Of a DNA stretch of 64,000 nucleotides, positions 13,118 to 26,023 are shown piece after piece. Position 1 is the stretch's first letter, and each line of letters starts with the position of its first letter. Source of the stretch: the human T2T-CHM13v2.0 reference genome, Homo sapiens; assembly GCF_009914755.1 (NCBI RefSeq), contig NC_060941.1, one strand, 5' to 3'. Made by a program: the position numbers and the translations under genes. The notes beneath the pieces were generated by a model, which saw only the letters and a program-made list of their open reading frames with translations, made no database searches and had not been told where the DNA came from.

Positions 13118-13350
13118 TTGTTAAGAATATGTGCTTTGGAGCCAATACAACATGATTTAAAAGGGAGTTCTATTTCAAACAAACCTGGGGCTTTTGTCTA
13201 GTTCTTTATTGATTTGCAATTCAGCTTCCTAAGGTATAAAAGTTGTACAATGAGTATCTGTCTTAAATTTTTATTGTGCAAATTATGTGATAATAATACA
13301 CGTGAATTACTTAGAATGCACCTAGCGTGTAAGTGCTTAGAAGTGTAACA
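13118..13350 (+). mobile_element. MIR relic
   Basis: GTTAAGAATATGTGCTTTGGAGCCA ... ATAATACACGTGAATTACTTAGAATGCACCTAGC. Confidence 0.55.
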
Positions 13351-13564
13351 TATATATTGTCCCTAGATAAATATTTAGGTATACAAAGCGTCCAAGACTT
13401 CAATATAATTGTCTTACTATGTATAGTTGACACATAATTACTTCTCATCATATTATCTTCATTGTTTTCCATCTACAGAAAAATATGTAGCATACACATA
13501 AACTTTAAAATATCAAACAATAATAAAAAATGTTAGATATTCTGCAGACATTATTGCTAACGCA

Positions 13565-13750
13565 TGTAATAGTAAGAGCTAACATTAACTTTTTATTTTC
13601 TATGGGTTATGATATACTTTTTCTATGTCTTATTCTAACGTTATCTGCGTAAAAGCACAGAGGTAGTTAAAATTACTGTCTCACTATACAGATTTGGAAA
13701 CTGAGACTTCCCAAGGTAAAGTAACAGCTTAAGATTATACACCTTCTATC
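13565..13750 (-). mobile_element. MIR relic
   Basis: Core TACAGATTTGGAAACTGAGACTTCCCAAGGTAAAGTAAC. Confidence 0.6.
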
Positions 13751-16099
13751 TGGAGGCACAAAACAGATCATAGGGAGAATATATGACATAAAAGAATTGT
13801 CATTTGATACCCGTACAATGAATAGTCTAAACATAGAGCACACCAGTTTCTTAAGAATATTTCACAAGTGGGCTATGACAGAGATAACTGGTGCTATGAA
13901 AGCATGGCTGAAGAATCTACACATTGTTAAAAATTATTCACAATTTATGAAACTTCATAGGCTTTAAACAAAAAGACAGAGAATTAGGATAAGGACTTTC
14001 ATAGATTAAGTCGCCATACAGGAGCAGATGACGATAGTAACCAAGTAGAGGATAGAAAAGAAAACCGCTGAAAGGAAGATGGGAATCTGAATGCTCTCTG
14101 ATGGATATCATTTCTCTTAACCACACAGACTCAGAAGTGTTTGAGAAGGTGAGATTAAATTCACAGTGGGCGTCATGTACAATTTGTTAACAGTTGTCAT
14201 TTGAATATGTTTGCTTATTTTTAGAAAAGCAGTTTGCTTATCTCTACATTGCATAATTTATTTCAGAGTCAGTCATTACACCTAACTCTTTGTGTTAAAA
14301 TTGTTGCTCATATCTTTGAATATAGATATGTGATTGTTCTGGAAGTAATTTTCAGACATTATACTGTGCCCAGAATGTAAAGACCAAATTGTAGATCCAA
14401 GACACCTACATAATAAATAAACAGAAGTACTTCTTAAAAAGGCAATTTGTTGTCATTATTGTTAATCTACTAATTGGACATTTTTGTTAATCTTCCACTC
14501 ATTCTGAAGGGCTCTAAACCACTGTCTTATAGAATAGCATTTAAAGAAAGCTTACTACTCCCACTAAAAAGACATTTCCGTCAGAGTGATAGGTACATTT
14601 GTCTGCAAACACATGAGCTTATCTCTTTAACAGTGCCATTTATTGCCTTGTAATCTGTCTCATCTCCTACTTGTGCCTTTGGGCTTACCTCAGTTCTTGG
14701 GCCCCATAAAACAGAAGCAACAGACATTTTTATAGTATCCTCTTGTAATCTCTGCCTCATTTTCCAGTTAGGTGAGTCTTGCCTCTAACATATCTACACA
14801 CTGGTTTCCTACCCTTTCCTTGACTAACAACCAAAGCCAAGTTTCGGTTATTCAGGACTTGGTCCTAGAGAACATTATTATCTTTCCAATTGAACTAATT
14901 TTTCCCCTCTCTATTGTATTCTTTCTCACCTCAATGTAAACCAGACACAACTGAGCTTTTACTTGTTTAGTTCCTTGGACCTGAGCAGTTTTCTTGCCTG
15001 TGACTTAGTCCAGAGTCCACATCACCCTCTCTACTCACTCCCATTCCCTAACAGGAGCACTGCCTTCTTCTGCACTCCAGTCTGTTGGCCGTGACCAAGG
15101 CAGCCTACTTACCTTCTAAGAGAATAATCCTCTTTCCTGGACTGGACCCAGTGCTCATGCCCTCTGACCAATATTTTTCCATCTGTCTTATCCCTTAATA
15201 TTAACTGACTCCAAATGTGTCCTGTGTTGCTGAATACACCAATTAAGACCATTTCCAGAATTAGTATTGACATATTTTCACTCTGTTCCACACTGGGCCC
15301 GAATGAATGCGCTTCTGGAGCTGACTATAGCGGCCAATTCTCTGAACCCCTGTCCAGCCTTAGTGAGTATATGTCAGATGATGCTACTACAATAATCACC
15401 TTCCAATTTATCTTTTATGTTAATGCATATTCACAAATATCTAACTTACCAAAGGATAGTTTTATCTGTATTCTTCCTTTTTAAAATATTTCTTTTCTGA
15501 AATTTGAACATGACAGAAAGTATTCTAAATTATTACTGTAAGTCATTTTAGAACCTTCTGTCTTGAAGGTGATACCAAGAATCCCCTTCATAGAAAAGTA
15601 GAGGAAAAGCTTAAAGACTGACAAATGGAGTTTTTGGTTTTTAACTAATAAGCATAATTCTTGGCAAAATTGTTGAACTTGGATGAGAAAAAATTATCTC
15701 ATTTCAAAATGAAATTTGGATATGATTATCAAATGCTGAATTTGGCATTGATTTTATTTTGGAAAAGCAAATATATCCATAAAAAAGTTTTCTTGAGATT
15801 TACAGAATATTTGTTTTTTATAACATGATAGTAGAAATGTAGTTAATGAGGTTTTAAACATACTATTCGTAACTGATAATGATCTTTAATTTTTACCAGT
15901 TACCTCTCCTGCAACAATCTATGCAATTTTATGCATTCTCACCTTGCATTCAACTAGGCTACTCTCAATTTTTCAGGATTCTTTCTTTTATATATTCTGG
16001 AGGGGTTTTAGATTTGTTTGACTCCCCAGAAAGTACTAGGTCCTCACTCATGCTTGTGCCTCATTTATTTGCCCTTGGCACTTTGCACATGCCAACATT

Positions 16100-16460
16100 A
16101 GTAAGGTCCCAGCAGGAAGCAGCACACTGCTAATTGGAGAGTTTAGTAAAGCAACCACATACAATGGTGTGGCTATGATTTAAGGAAACTGAAAAGGTAC
16201 TTTACAATGGCATAACACTAGCTTTAGTGGGCCACCTTTCACCCTGAAGCCCAAAAAGACCATGGGCTGTCTCTAAATCTGTGAGCAGTATAGAGTAAGC
16301 CACAGCACAGCCAGTCTGCAGTGACTCAGCAAGAAAGTGACTGTGAGAATAAATACGCTGACTGTAATTGCTGATCGTCCTTTTATCTCCTGCTAGTGAC
16401 TCCCGTTGAGGCAGTCCATAAAGTTCAGCCTCCCAGGAGAAAGGGTATGATGGAGAGGTT
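16100..16460 (-). mobile_element. Old ERVL LTR (LTR33-like)
   Basis: GGTCCCAGCAGGAAGCAG...GGAGAGTTTAGTAAAG and CCATAAAGTTCAGCCTCCCAGG resemble the recalled LTR33 consensus. Confidence 0.5.
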
Positions 16461-17639
16461 CATGTCTCTTGTGAATTCTCTGCCTCCCCAACCATACTCT
16501 AAAATCCTCAAAAACAAAAATAAATCATCCTCCATTTAAGTATTCTAAGCTTTTGCTTTATGCCCAATACACAGACACTAAATAAATGTTTGGTGATGAA
16601 TATATAAAGAGAAATTTACTTTTATTTTTCAAAGTAATAGAGCTATAATCCAAAATCGGTACAGCAGTTATAAGAATATTACTATTCTTTCTCCTTTTAG
16701 GGTGTTCAGGTAAAGATTATCTTCTGCGTGAGAAAATCTATAACATTTCCTAAATTTATGGGAGGGACTTTTTGAGTAAAATTACATTATTTAAAATAGT
16801 GTTTTATTGAAACAATTGACTGATTCAACATACAAGATATTTGGTTGTTAAATTATATTCATATAATGTTGAAAAGAGAATTCTTTTTTAGGTTTATTAA
16901 CTCAAAGCTATTATCTTTGATGATGATCTTTCCACTCCTATTGCCTGAATACCAAAAAGCCCCTTGTATATATTACTTGAAAATTACCAACACAATTCCT
17001 GATTAGTAATATAAAGTGCTATAATTGCAATTTAATGCTTCTCATTGATTGTTTGTGACTCTGTCTGCAATTATATATTCAATATATTCACATATTCTAT
17101 GAATTGGAAGAGAAAGAGACTCATTTATATGTATTTGGTTCAGGTGTACTATAAAGATTCTTTATATAATATGGAAAATTTCAGCTTAAATTTGACATTC
17201 AAATTTAAAACAAAAAAGAAAAGAAGGAAGAAATCTATTGCCCATCAGAAGTTTGATTTTCTAACTTAGAAAACAAACAAATCAACCAAAGCATAAAAAC
17301 CAAAATCATGTAACTTCCTGACACTAGACATTGAACTTAGAAAACACTAAGTTAAAAGACCATTGTTGGAAACCTTGCATTTGTATACTCTTGGAGAATT
17401 ACTTATCCTCTCTGAGACCCAGATTTTTAATCTGTAAATTGAGATCTTTCTAGTTGCAGGAAATGACTAACAATAAGAAGTAAAAGGAATAGTAAAATGC
17501 TTCTTGCTGAGTAGAACCACAATGTAGTTTGATGATTTCTAATACAATATAAAAGGGATTTGTTAGACTGAGTTACTTTTACTTCCTTGAAGGTTTGCAG
17601 GAGTACAAAGAGTGACTAGTTAAGAGTGAGCTCTGAGAA

Positions 17640-18075
17640 TTGTGCCCCCAGTTTGTTTCAGGCAGCTCTTTCTTCAACCTGATCATTACACTCATGTACT
17701 GATCAGCACTCAAATATTTGAGGAGGCGGATATTCAAAGCTCTTCTGTGTTGCTCTCTCCTGTCTGGTTTTCTTCCATGAAAATTTTAGCTACCCCTGCA
17801 CACTCCCAGCTCCTTTTGCTCAACTGTGTGAGACCACTAGGCCCCTCTTGAGTTCCCTCTTTCTGAACTGCAACTCAAACTCTTTCCAGACAGGAATTTG
17901 GGTAAATAATTGGGCTTACTTTGTTTATTTTCTCTATCTGAGCTATCACTGTCCCATGCTGCCTCACTTCCAATATCTGAAAACTTTTATGTATTTTGTC
18001 CCATTCTTTTACTTGTTTCAAATAATTGTGCAAATCCAGTTCCCGTTATTCCTTCTTAACTTAAAAAGGTAGTCC
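17640..18075 (-). mobile_element. Ancient L1M (L1MC/MD-type) 5' end
   Basis: CTGATCAGCACTCA, GCTCAACT..GAGACCACTAGG and CACTGTCC..TGCC..TCCAATATCTGAAAAC..TATTTTGTCC match the antisense L1M 5' UTR as recalled. Confidence 0.55.
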
Positions 18076-19671
18076 CATATAACAGATAATGGGATTTATG
18101 TCACCTTGGATTCCTGAGTGACTTTATGAATCATGGTCCTTCCTAGCCTTACCCTGCTAACTTGTTTGGATCTGTTCTCCAAGCAAAGAATGAAACTGCT
18201 TTGTTTTGTCAAAGAAACAATGAGTTTAATTTATTAAACAGCATAAATTACTCTGTTTTTCTTAACATGAATAGTATGAGAAAATGATAGTAGTTGTAGG
18301 TGCATTGCTTCTCTCACACCATGTAGATATTGGGAAAGTGAAGGGAAGAAACATGAGTTTCTTCTTCATTCTCTAAATGCAAATGCTCTCCAAGTACTGT
18401 CAATTATTTTTTCTTATATTTTTAAAACATCACATTACTTTTTATAGTGGTAAAATATCCCCCACTGTTTTCTGTGTCTTTATTATCATCCTTTCGCTCC
18501 TAAAATATTTTAAAAACATGTACTCAACTCCCAGAAATATCTTCAGACTCAATACTACTGCAACCTTACATTTACAAAGGTTAATACTAAGTCTTGGGAG
18601 GATCAAGTGGATTCACAAGTGACTTAAGTGCTTTCCAACACAAAGGTTAATTCACTTTATTGAAAGACAACAAAGTCCAGAATCTTAGTAACATAGCATA
18701 CATAACGCCCAGCTTACAATAAAACATACTACATGTAAGAATCAGAATATTGACCCATAATCTGGAGGAAAGAGTCAAGACAAACTTAGCCAGAAGTGAT
18801 AAGGGTAATGAAACTCATGGGCCAAGAGGTTAACTCAACTATTTTAAATACTTTCAAAGATTTAAGTAAAAAATTGACATAATGAGTGAGTATATGGAGA
18901 AATGAGGCAGGATAAAGCAAATTATTTATACTTAATTACATATTTTATATATATATATATATAATTAAAAATAAGTGCTTAGAATAGTGCCTAACATTTA
19001 CTTAGGCACTTAGTACCAAAATATTTGTTAAGTAAAAATATCCAAATGGTTTTTCTGCCACTCAGCAAAATAATCAAACCCAATACTTATACTCAATAAA
19101 TGCTTATACTCATAAATTATATGTTATGCCTCAGTTTATTTTCCCTTGTTGTGTGGCACTCTGTATGATAAATTAATTTTATTTCTTTTCAAAACCAAAT
19201 TTAAGGGCTCTACCCTTAATAAAGGACCCCACAGTTAATCTTATAAAAAACAATATTCTAGGTCATCACACATTTTCTGGAATTTATTTGCTCATTACTT
19301 CATTTATTCAGCAAATGTTTGTTGATTACCTACTAAGTACTGAGCACAGTGTTAGAAAATAAAAATGCTCTCATGCAGCTTACATTTTATCGAGGGAGAG
19401 AAAAACAAATGTGTACATAAATTAATGCATTAATTTTAGAAATTCAAAAAGACAATAAGAATAAAACAAAGTAATGTGAGTTCGACTGGCAAGGAGTGAG
19501 GAATAATTTAAATTGGATCATCAGGGAAGTATTTGCTTAGGCAGAGATATTCCAGTGACACCTAAATTCTATGAAAAACCAGAATGTGAAGACCTGGGGA
19601 AAACATTTCCAATAAAGGGATGAGGTTGGTTCATGTTACAAAAGAGGACAAATACCATTGGTGTTTGTCAC

Positions 19672-20220
19672 TATTATCAGTCAGGTCTAGTCAGGAAAAT
19701 AGGAAGAATACCAATTATTTTAATAAGTACAAATTAATTTTGAAATATTCTAATGACGTGGTAGAAGACTACACAGGCAAAAAGGAATTGCTGTATTAAC
19801 ACAGAGGAAGCTACCGCAGGAGGCAGTTGCTACTTTTAGGGCAGTGAGAACCAAAGGAGTAGGGTTCATACAAGTTCAAGGTCTGGAAGAGGGGCCCTAG
19901 CTGGGGCTATAGGTTTTGAGGGTCCCATGTGGCTGTATTGGACTCTCTGAGGGGTATAATAAAGTTAGTTCTGGGAATATGAATAAACCCTGAAAACTAG
20001 AACCAACCCGCCACTGCCATGGGGAGGTGGTGTTGCTGGGGTGACACTGCTAAGAACTGTCAGTAAACAAAAAGGATCTTCTCTGTCTCCTTCTTTAAGC
20101 TTTCCACTGTCTTTCTTGTACATCATGTTGGCAAAACTTAACTGGGAGCCAGATAGTAAGGCAGAAGTACCTTAGCATAGTTTCAGTCCAAGGTGAGACA
20201 TGGCATCTTAATAACCATGA
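19672..20220. mobile_element. Old LTR (LTR78-like) nested in L2
   Basis: Starts TATCAGTCAGGTCTAGTCAGGAAAA; base composition differs from the flanking L2. Confidence 0.4.
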
Positions 20221-20296
20221 CAGGGCTAAAGTAGAGTTATCACAAGGAAATAGAATGCTATTGTGAGCATCATACCCATACTGCTACTATGAAATA

Positions 20297-20632
20297 CAGT
20301 CATCCCATGGTGTCTGTGGGGGATTGGTTCCAGGAACCCTGTAGTTACTGAAATCCAGGAATACTCAAGCTTCTTATATAAAATGGCAAAATATTTTCAT
20401 ATAACTTATGCACACTCTCTCATATGCTTTAAGTCATCTCTAGATTACTTTATTACCTAACATAATGCCTACACATCACTTCATTTGCATGGATTCAACA
20501 TAGTATTTAGTGCACGCCAAATTCAAGTTTTGCTTTTCTTTTGGAACGTTATGAAACTTGTTTTTGAAATATTTTTATCTGTGGCTGGTGGAATTCAGGG
20601 AAGCAGAATACAGGGATACAGAAGGCTGCATG
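20297..20632 (+). mobile_element. MER2B (non-autonomous Tigger-type DNA transposon)
   Basis: TA then CAGTCATCCC...GTGGGGGATTGGTTCCAGGA, TTATATAAAATGGC, TTTAAGTCATCTCTAGATTACTT; ends GGATACAGAAGGCTGCATG. Confidence 0.85.
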
Positions 20633-22234
20633 CAGATGCTATTGTGGGCAATTTGCAAAGAGTATAGATGCTATACTATAAATAAAGATATGATAGGAAG
20701 ATCACCAAGAGTCTTAAGTATATTTGATTTATATGTGGAGAAAATATTAGATTGCTACATGAGAAGTAGATTGGAAAGTATTAAGATGGGAAGCAATGGA
20801 ATCTAGTTTAGATGGAATTGCAATAATCCATGTGACAAGTGTGACTTCAACCTGATTGTTTTCAGAGGAGATAGAGAGAAGTGAATAAATTGGGTTATAG
20901 TGCAGAAGTTTCTGTGGAATTAGATTAGGAAGATGAGGAAAAAAGATGAAGCAAGGATGATCCTCTTGGTTTTTAATTTGAGCAGTTATTGGAATGGGGG
21001 TGATATATGATGGAATGTAGAAGGTTGGTAGGAGAGTTCTCTTTCGTATGTGTTAATTTTTAAGTGCCTGTTTCACATTTAAGGAAAAATGTTGATTGAC
21101 AGCTGAATATATTATTTTGGAGGTTGAAGAAAATATCTAGCTAGAGATAAAAAAATTTGGAATATTGGGCATCAGGATGATATGTAAAGTGCACCAGCTT
21201 ACAGGAAAAGATAAAAACAAGTTGAAGTACAAAGCCCTTGGTGCCTCATAATTTGGGATGCTCACATGACCTAGTAAAGGAGTAATTGAAAAGAGCTGAT
21301 CAGTGAGATAAGAAAAGAATCAGGATTTTGTGCTGTCACAGAAGTTTGTAGAGCATGAGTGTTTAAAATGGATTGAGTGCTGAATTGAAGGAAATGTGCT
21401 GAGAGCTTTAAAAACATAGGGACAAAAAGAAAAAATGAGCACAAAGTATGGTAGGTTGGACCTTTCTGATAACCTTGACAACAATTTGGTTAAGTGGTTG
21501 TAACAAAAGCCAGATTGGGGTTGTAGACAAGAGTTGATGGTGAGGCAGTAGAAACATCAATTACAAAGTACTTTTTCAGGAAGATTTGCAGTGAAGGTTA
21601 TTGAATAAAAAAGATAGTAGCTGGCGAGGAAAGCAAGCTTAAGGAAGAGATTTACTTATTTTTTTTTCCTGTAAATGAAGGAAATCGAGGTTGCTTACAT
21701 ACTCATTGGAACAAATTCTGTAAAGAGAGGAGGAAAAAAAAGTTGCCAAAGCAGGGATGATTATTTGAGGAAAGTCTTTGAAAGTTTCAAGTCGGAAGGG
21801 ATCCAGATAATAATTGGAGGTGTCGTCTTTTATTAGGATAGGTGATATTTTCTCCACTGCAATTGAACAAAAGTCAGAAGGTATTAGAACAAAGTAGGTT
21901 GGTTTATAGTTTTGTTAGTAAATAGATAAGAATATTATTTTTCCTTGATTGCTTTTAATTTATAAAATTACCGAGGTTGAGGAATAGAAAAAGGGCCCTG
22001 GAAGTTTGAGAAGGAAACATGGAAAATAATAATTTGAAAAAGTGAAGAGTAAATATAATATACAAGTGCAGTAAATTGTGAATAGTAGTATTGATGGGCA
22101 ATAAGATGAACCTATTTGAAATAAACGGCATAAATGTAAAGGGGAATCAGCAAATAGAATTGGATGATTCTCCGGTTAGGTTCAGCTGCTTTGGTAAAAA
22201 ATAAAATCATGATTCCCTCTTCCACGACATTTTT

Positions 22235-23372
22235 GAGTCTCTCATTTTAATAAGTGAAACCATAAATTAAATAATTTTTCAAACTAAAAACTTGGGAATC
22301 TGCTATTTGCTTAATCATCTCCCTATCTCAGGCCATCAGCAATTTTTGTGGGCTTTAATAGAAAAATATATGACAAATCTGACCACACGTTTCCACCTGC
22401 ACCTTTCATTTTCTCATCAAGCCAACAGCTTCTCTCACCCAGTTTATTAAGAGAGTTCAATGAACTCATGCTCCTGCTTCAATTACTGTGCCCTGGAGCA
22501 ACCAGAGTAACTGTGCAGTTTACATGAATAAGACAATATTATTTCTTAAAGGGCAAAATTTTACAAAAGCTTTCCATTACATTTAGATAAAAATAGAACA
22601 TCTATCTTGGATTTTAAGGCTGTGCACCATCTACATTCTGCCTGCTCCTCTAAACTCATCTTCTCCCAGTGCCTCTTACTCACTCAATCACAGCTACGCT
22701 GGCCTTTGTGAAGTTTTTCTAACACTGTGAGTTTAGTCCAGATTCAAGACCTTCATGTTTGCTGTTCCATCTCCCAGGCAGCCACTGCCTCTGAAATCTA
22801 TTGACTTGCTCACTTCATTCAAATATCTGTGCAAACGATACCTCCTCTAAGAGATCTCCGATCTTCTTATATAAAATACCATTCCCCCATAAATCTCTAT
22901 CCTTTGACCTACTTTAATTTTTTAATAGTGGTTATTTGAAATTTGCATAATTTATATACTTTCTTGTTAAAGATCAATGTCTCCCCATGGAACATAACAC
23001 TCTAAGTCAGAGACATTTTTAATACTCTAACCTCAGTGGCCACAACAGTTACCAGCACATAGGACACACTCAGCACAATTTTATACCTATATTTATTCAA
23101 GTAGATTTTCTTTTTATTATCTGATACAGATTCTAACTAGTAACACAGCTGAAATAAAATCTAAGTTCTCTTCATTTCCTTTAATTATATTGCATAGATT
23201 ATCACAATTTGTAATTATATATGCAATTATTCTGTGTGATGTTTGTGAAATTCACAAGAGTAAGGAACAGTCTGTTGTCCATTTTGTTCACTGATGTATT
23301 GTCCTTAGTTTACACAATTCCTGAAGTATAGTGTGTGCTTCATAAATATGTATTGAATACATAAATGAATAA
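22235..23372 (+). mobile_element. L2 LINE 3' fragments
   Basis: AAAAACTTGGGAATC, TTTGCTGTTCCATCT, CTCACTTCATTCA, CCAGCACATAGGACACACTCA and terminal TATTGAATACATAAATGAAT. Confidence 0.6.
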
Positions 23373-24020
23373 ACTCAAGAATGTAGATATGAAAAAATTG
23401 ATATTTCTCAATGTATAGGGAAACAAGAAAACTGAGTTAGAATGAGTTCCCTAACCCTCTCCACACAGGTGGCCCTGGCTCTCTAAAGCTAGCTATGAAA
23501 ATACTGCCCTCTCATGGACCACTTCAGACTAAATTAGAAAAAGCACACTGTATCTATTCCATTATTATGTAAATTGGACCCTAAAGGGACCTATACTGAA
23601 AGGTAACTATTTAACCAAAAATTACCAATCTGGGCTTCTTAGACTTGTAGATGATTTCCCATTGCAATATACTAGGTAATAAGGCTGTACATGACAGGAC
23701 AATTTTAACTATTGTGTTTATCTTTCAGCCTGCATGACTTTTAAAATGCTTTCAGGATTAAAAATGAAGGGACCTCGACCGTGGGGTTTCAATATTAAAG
23801 ATGGTCAGAAAAATGTAACAAATCCCTACACACCTGGCTATCAGCACAACTCTCTGCTTGTTTGAAATATCTTTGTTTGTTTTTCACACCAACATCAATG
23901 TAACTGGGAAGAATCAAATAAACAATTTGTAAAGGTGACTCTTAAAATAACGTGAATATATGTGAGTATGGGGAATGGGGGTGATGATGTAGGAAAACAC
24001 AAGGTTTTGTGCATTGTGAG

Positions 24021-24482
24021 TAAGGGAGGAGACCACCCCTCATGTTGTCTTATGCCCAATTTCTGCCTCCAAAGAAAGAAGAAGTAAAAACTAAAAGGCA
24101 GAAATGAAATCCACAGGCAGACAGCCCAGCGCTGTGCCCTGGGCCTGGTAGTTAAAGATCGATCTCTGACCTAACTGGTTATGTTAACTATAGATTTCAG
24201 ACATTCTGTGGAAAAGCATCATTAAAATCCCTGTCCTGTTCTGTTCCGTTCTGATTACTGGTGCATGCAGCCCCAAGTCACGTACCCCCTGCTTGCTCAA
24301 ACGATCACGACCCTCTCACATGGACCCCCTTAGAGTTCTAAGCCCTTAAAAGGGACAGGAATTGCTCACTCAGGGAGCTCCGTTTTTGAGACGTGAGTCT
24401 TGCCGACGCTCGCAGCCGAATAAAGCCCTTCCTTCTTTAACTCGGTGTCTGAGGGGTTTTGTCTGCAGCTTGAACTGCTACA
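24021..24482 (+). mobile_element. Solo LTR2 (HERV-E/Harlequin, ERV1), complete, 462 bp
   Basis: TAAGGGAGGAGACCACCCCTCAT ... GCCCTTAAAAGGGACAGGAATTGCTCACTC ... AATAAA (24419-24424) ... CTGCTACA; 4-bp TSD TGAG at 24017-24020 and 24483-24486. Confidence 0.93.
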
Positions 24483-25178
24483 TGAGTACTGCACTCCTTA
24501 TTCTGGGGGGAAAGTGGTGTTTTACTTCTACTCCCTCATTGCTCAATCCAATAATGTGACTTGCATTAATAGTGCTCTCAGAAGGGAAAGGTGCAAGAAC
24601 TATAGTAGAGCCCATTTAGTAATTTAATCATTTGCATTTGTATGGCACGTTTTTCCCTAAGTAACCAAGCACTTGCCTTACACAAATATTCCCTAGAAAT
24701 AGGTCAGTTTGTCTCTGACATACTGGCATCTTCTTCTGTACTTCTCACTCCCCAACGAAGTGACCTCCCCTTCCCGCATTTAGTTCCCTGAAAACCCCTG
24801 CTCCCCTCTCTCTTCACTACAGGTAAGATAATTACAAATATTCTGAGTATAAAGGAGTTCCTGAGATTGCTGGACAAAAAAAAAAATGCTTCTGAGACTT
24901 GACTCCCTTTTCATTTCTAAGTAAGAATAAACGGCAGAAACTTTATAAAATCTAGATTTTTAAAATTTGGGTAACTCACTAAAAATGCAGAAATGCAGAT
25001 TCCTGAGTTTTAATGAGATTATCAGAAAACCGAGAACACAGTTTCTGGGACTGATGTCAGGAAATGTAGTTTTAGCAAGCATTCCAGGTGACTAGATACC
25101 CCTCAATGCTTTCCATTCTATTTATTAGTTATTTTAATATTATTGAAGTTATAAACTATATTAAAAATAGAAAAATTC

Positions 25179-25484
<306 letters not shown>

Positions 25485-25947
25485 TCAAGAAATAGTTAAA
25501 AGGACCTGTTAGTTTATATAATATCCAGATTTAGTACACAGCCATTTATTTTTGCATTCATGAGTTAACTAAAATTTAAACAAAATATTTTAGGTGAATT
25601 TTAAACCTCACTCCCATTCTATGCTATTTCTCCCCTCTCCACAGCTAACCAATACCATAAAGTCTTTATATGTGTTATATTTGCATGTTTCTTTGTATTT
25701 TATTCAAGTGTAATATCATGCATATATTTTCAGAAATCATGATCTACTTTGTCACTATCACCCAGAAGGAGAAATAGAACATTGCCAACACTTCCAGAGG
25801 CCTTCTCTTTAGTATCGCCCTCCTGTTGTCTCAAATAATGCCTTGGATATTTTATTCCCAAATCCTTCACAGAAGGATCTTAAACTCTCACTTCTGTTTA
25901 CTTGTTTCCCCAGTATAAGATATCTTATAATGATATAATGGAGTCAC

Positions 25948-26020
25948 ATATTATATATGTGTGTATATATGTGTGTGTATACACATATATAATATATATA
26001 ATCATATATAATCTATATAT
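25948..26020. repeat. Low-complexity (TA)/(TG) repeat
   Basis: ATATTATATATGTGTGTATATATGTGTGTGTATACACATATATAATATATATA. Confidence 0.8.
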
Positions 26021-26023
26021 GGA

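Larger units (their letters stand above)
19285..21980 (-). mobile_element. L2 LINE, fragmented (interrupted by an LTR at about 19672-20220 and by MER2B)
   Basis: L2 3' end TTCATTTATTCAGCAAATGTTTGTTGATTACCTACT, followed by purine-rich antisense L2 body (ATTGCAATAATCCA, AAGGATGA...TTTTAATTTGAGCA, GATAACCTTGACAA). Confidence 0.65.

Noticed and set aside
15107-15291. 60-aa minus-strand ORF ending at a perfect AAG|GTAAGT donor
   Set aside because: No recognisable homology and no convincing acceptor; such donors occur by chance several times in 64 kb.
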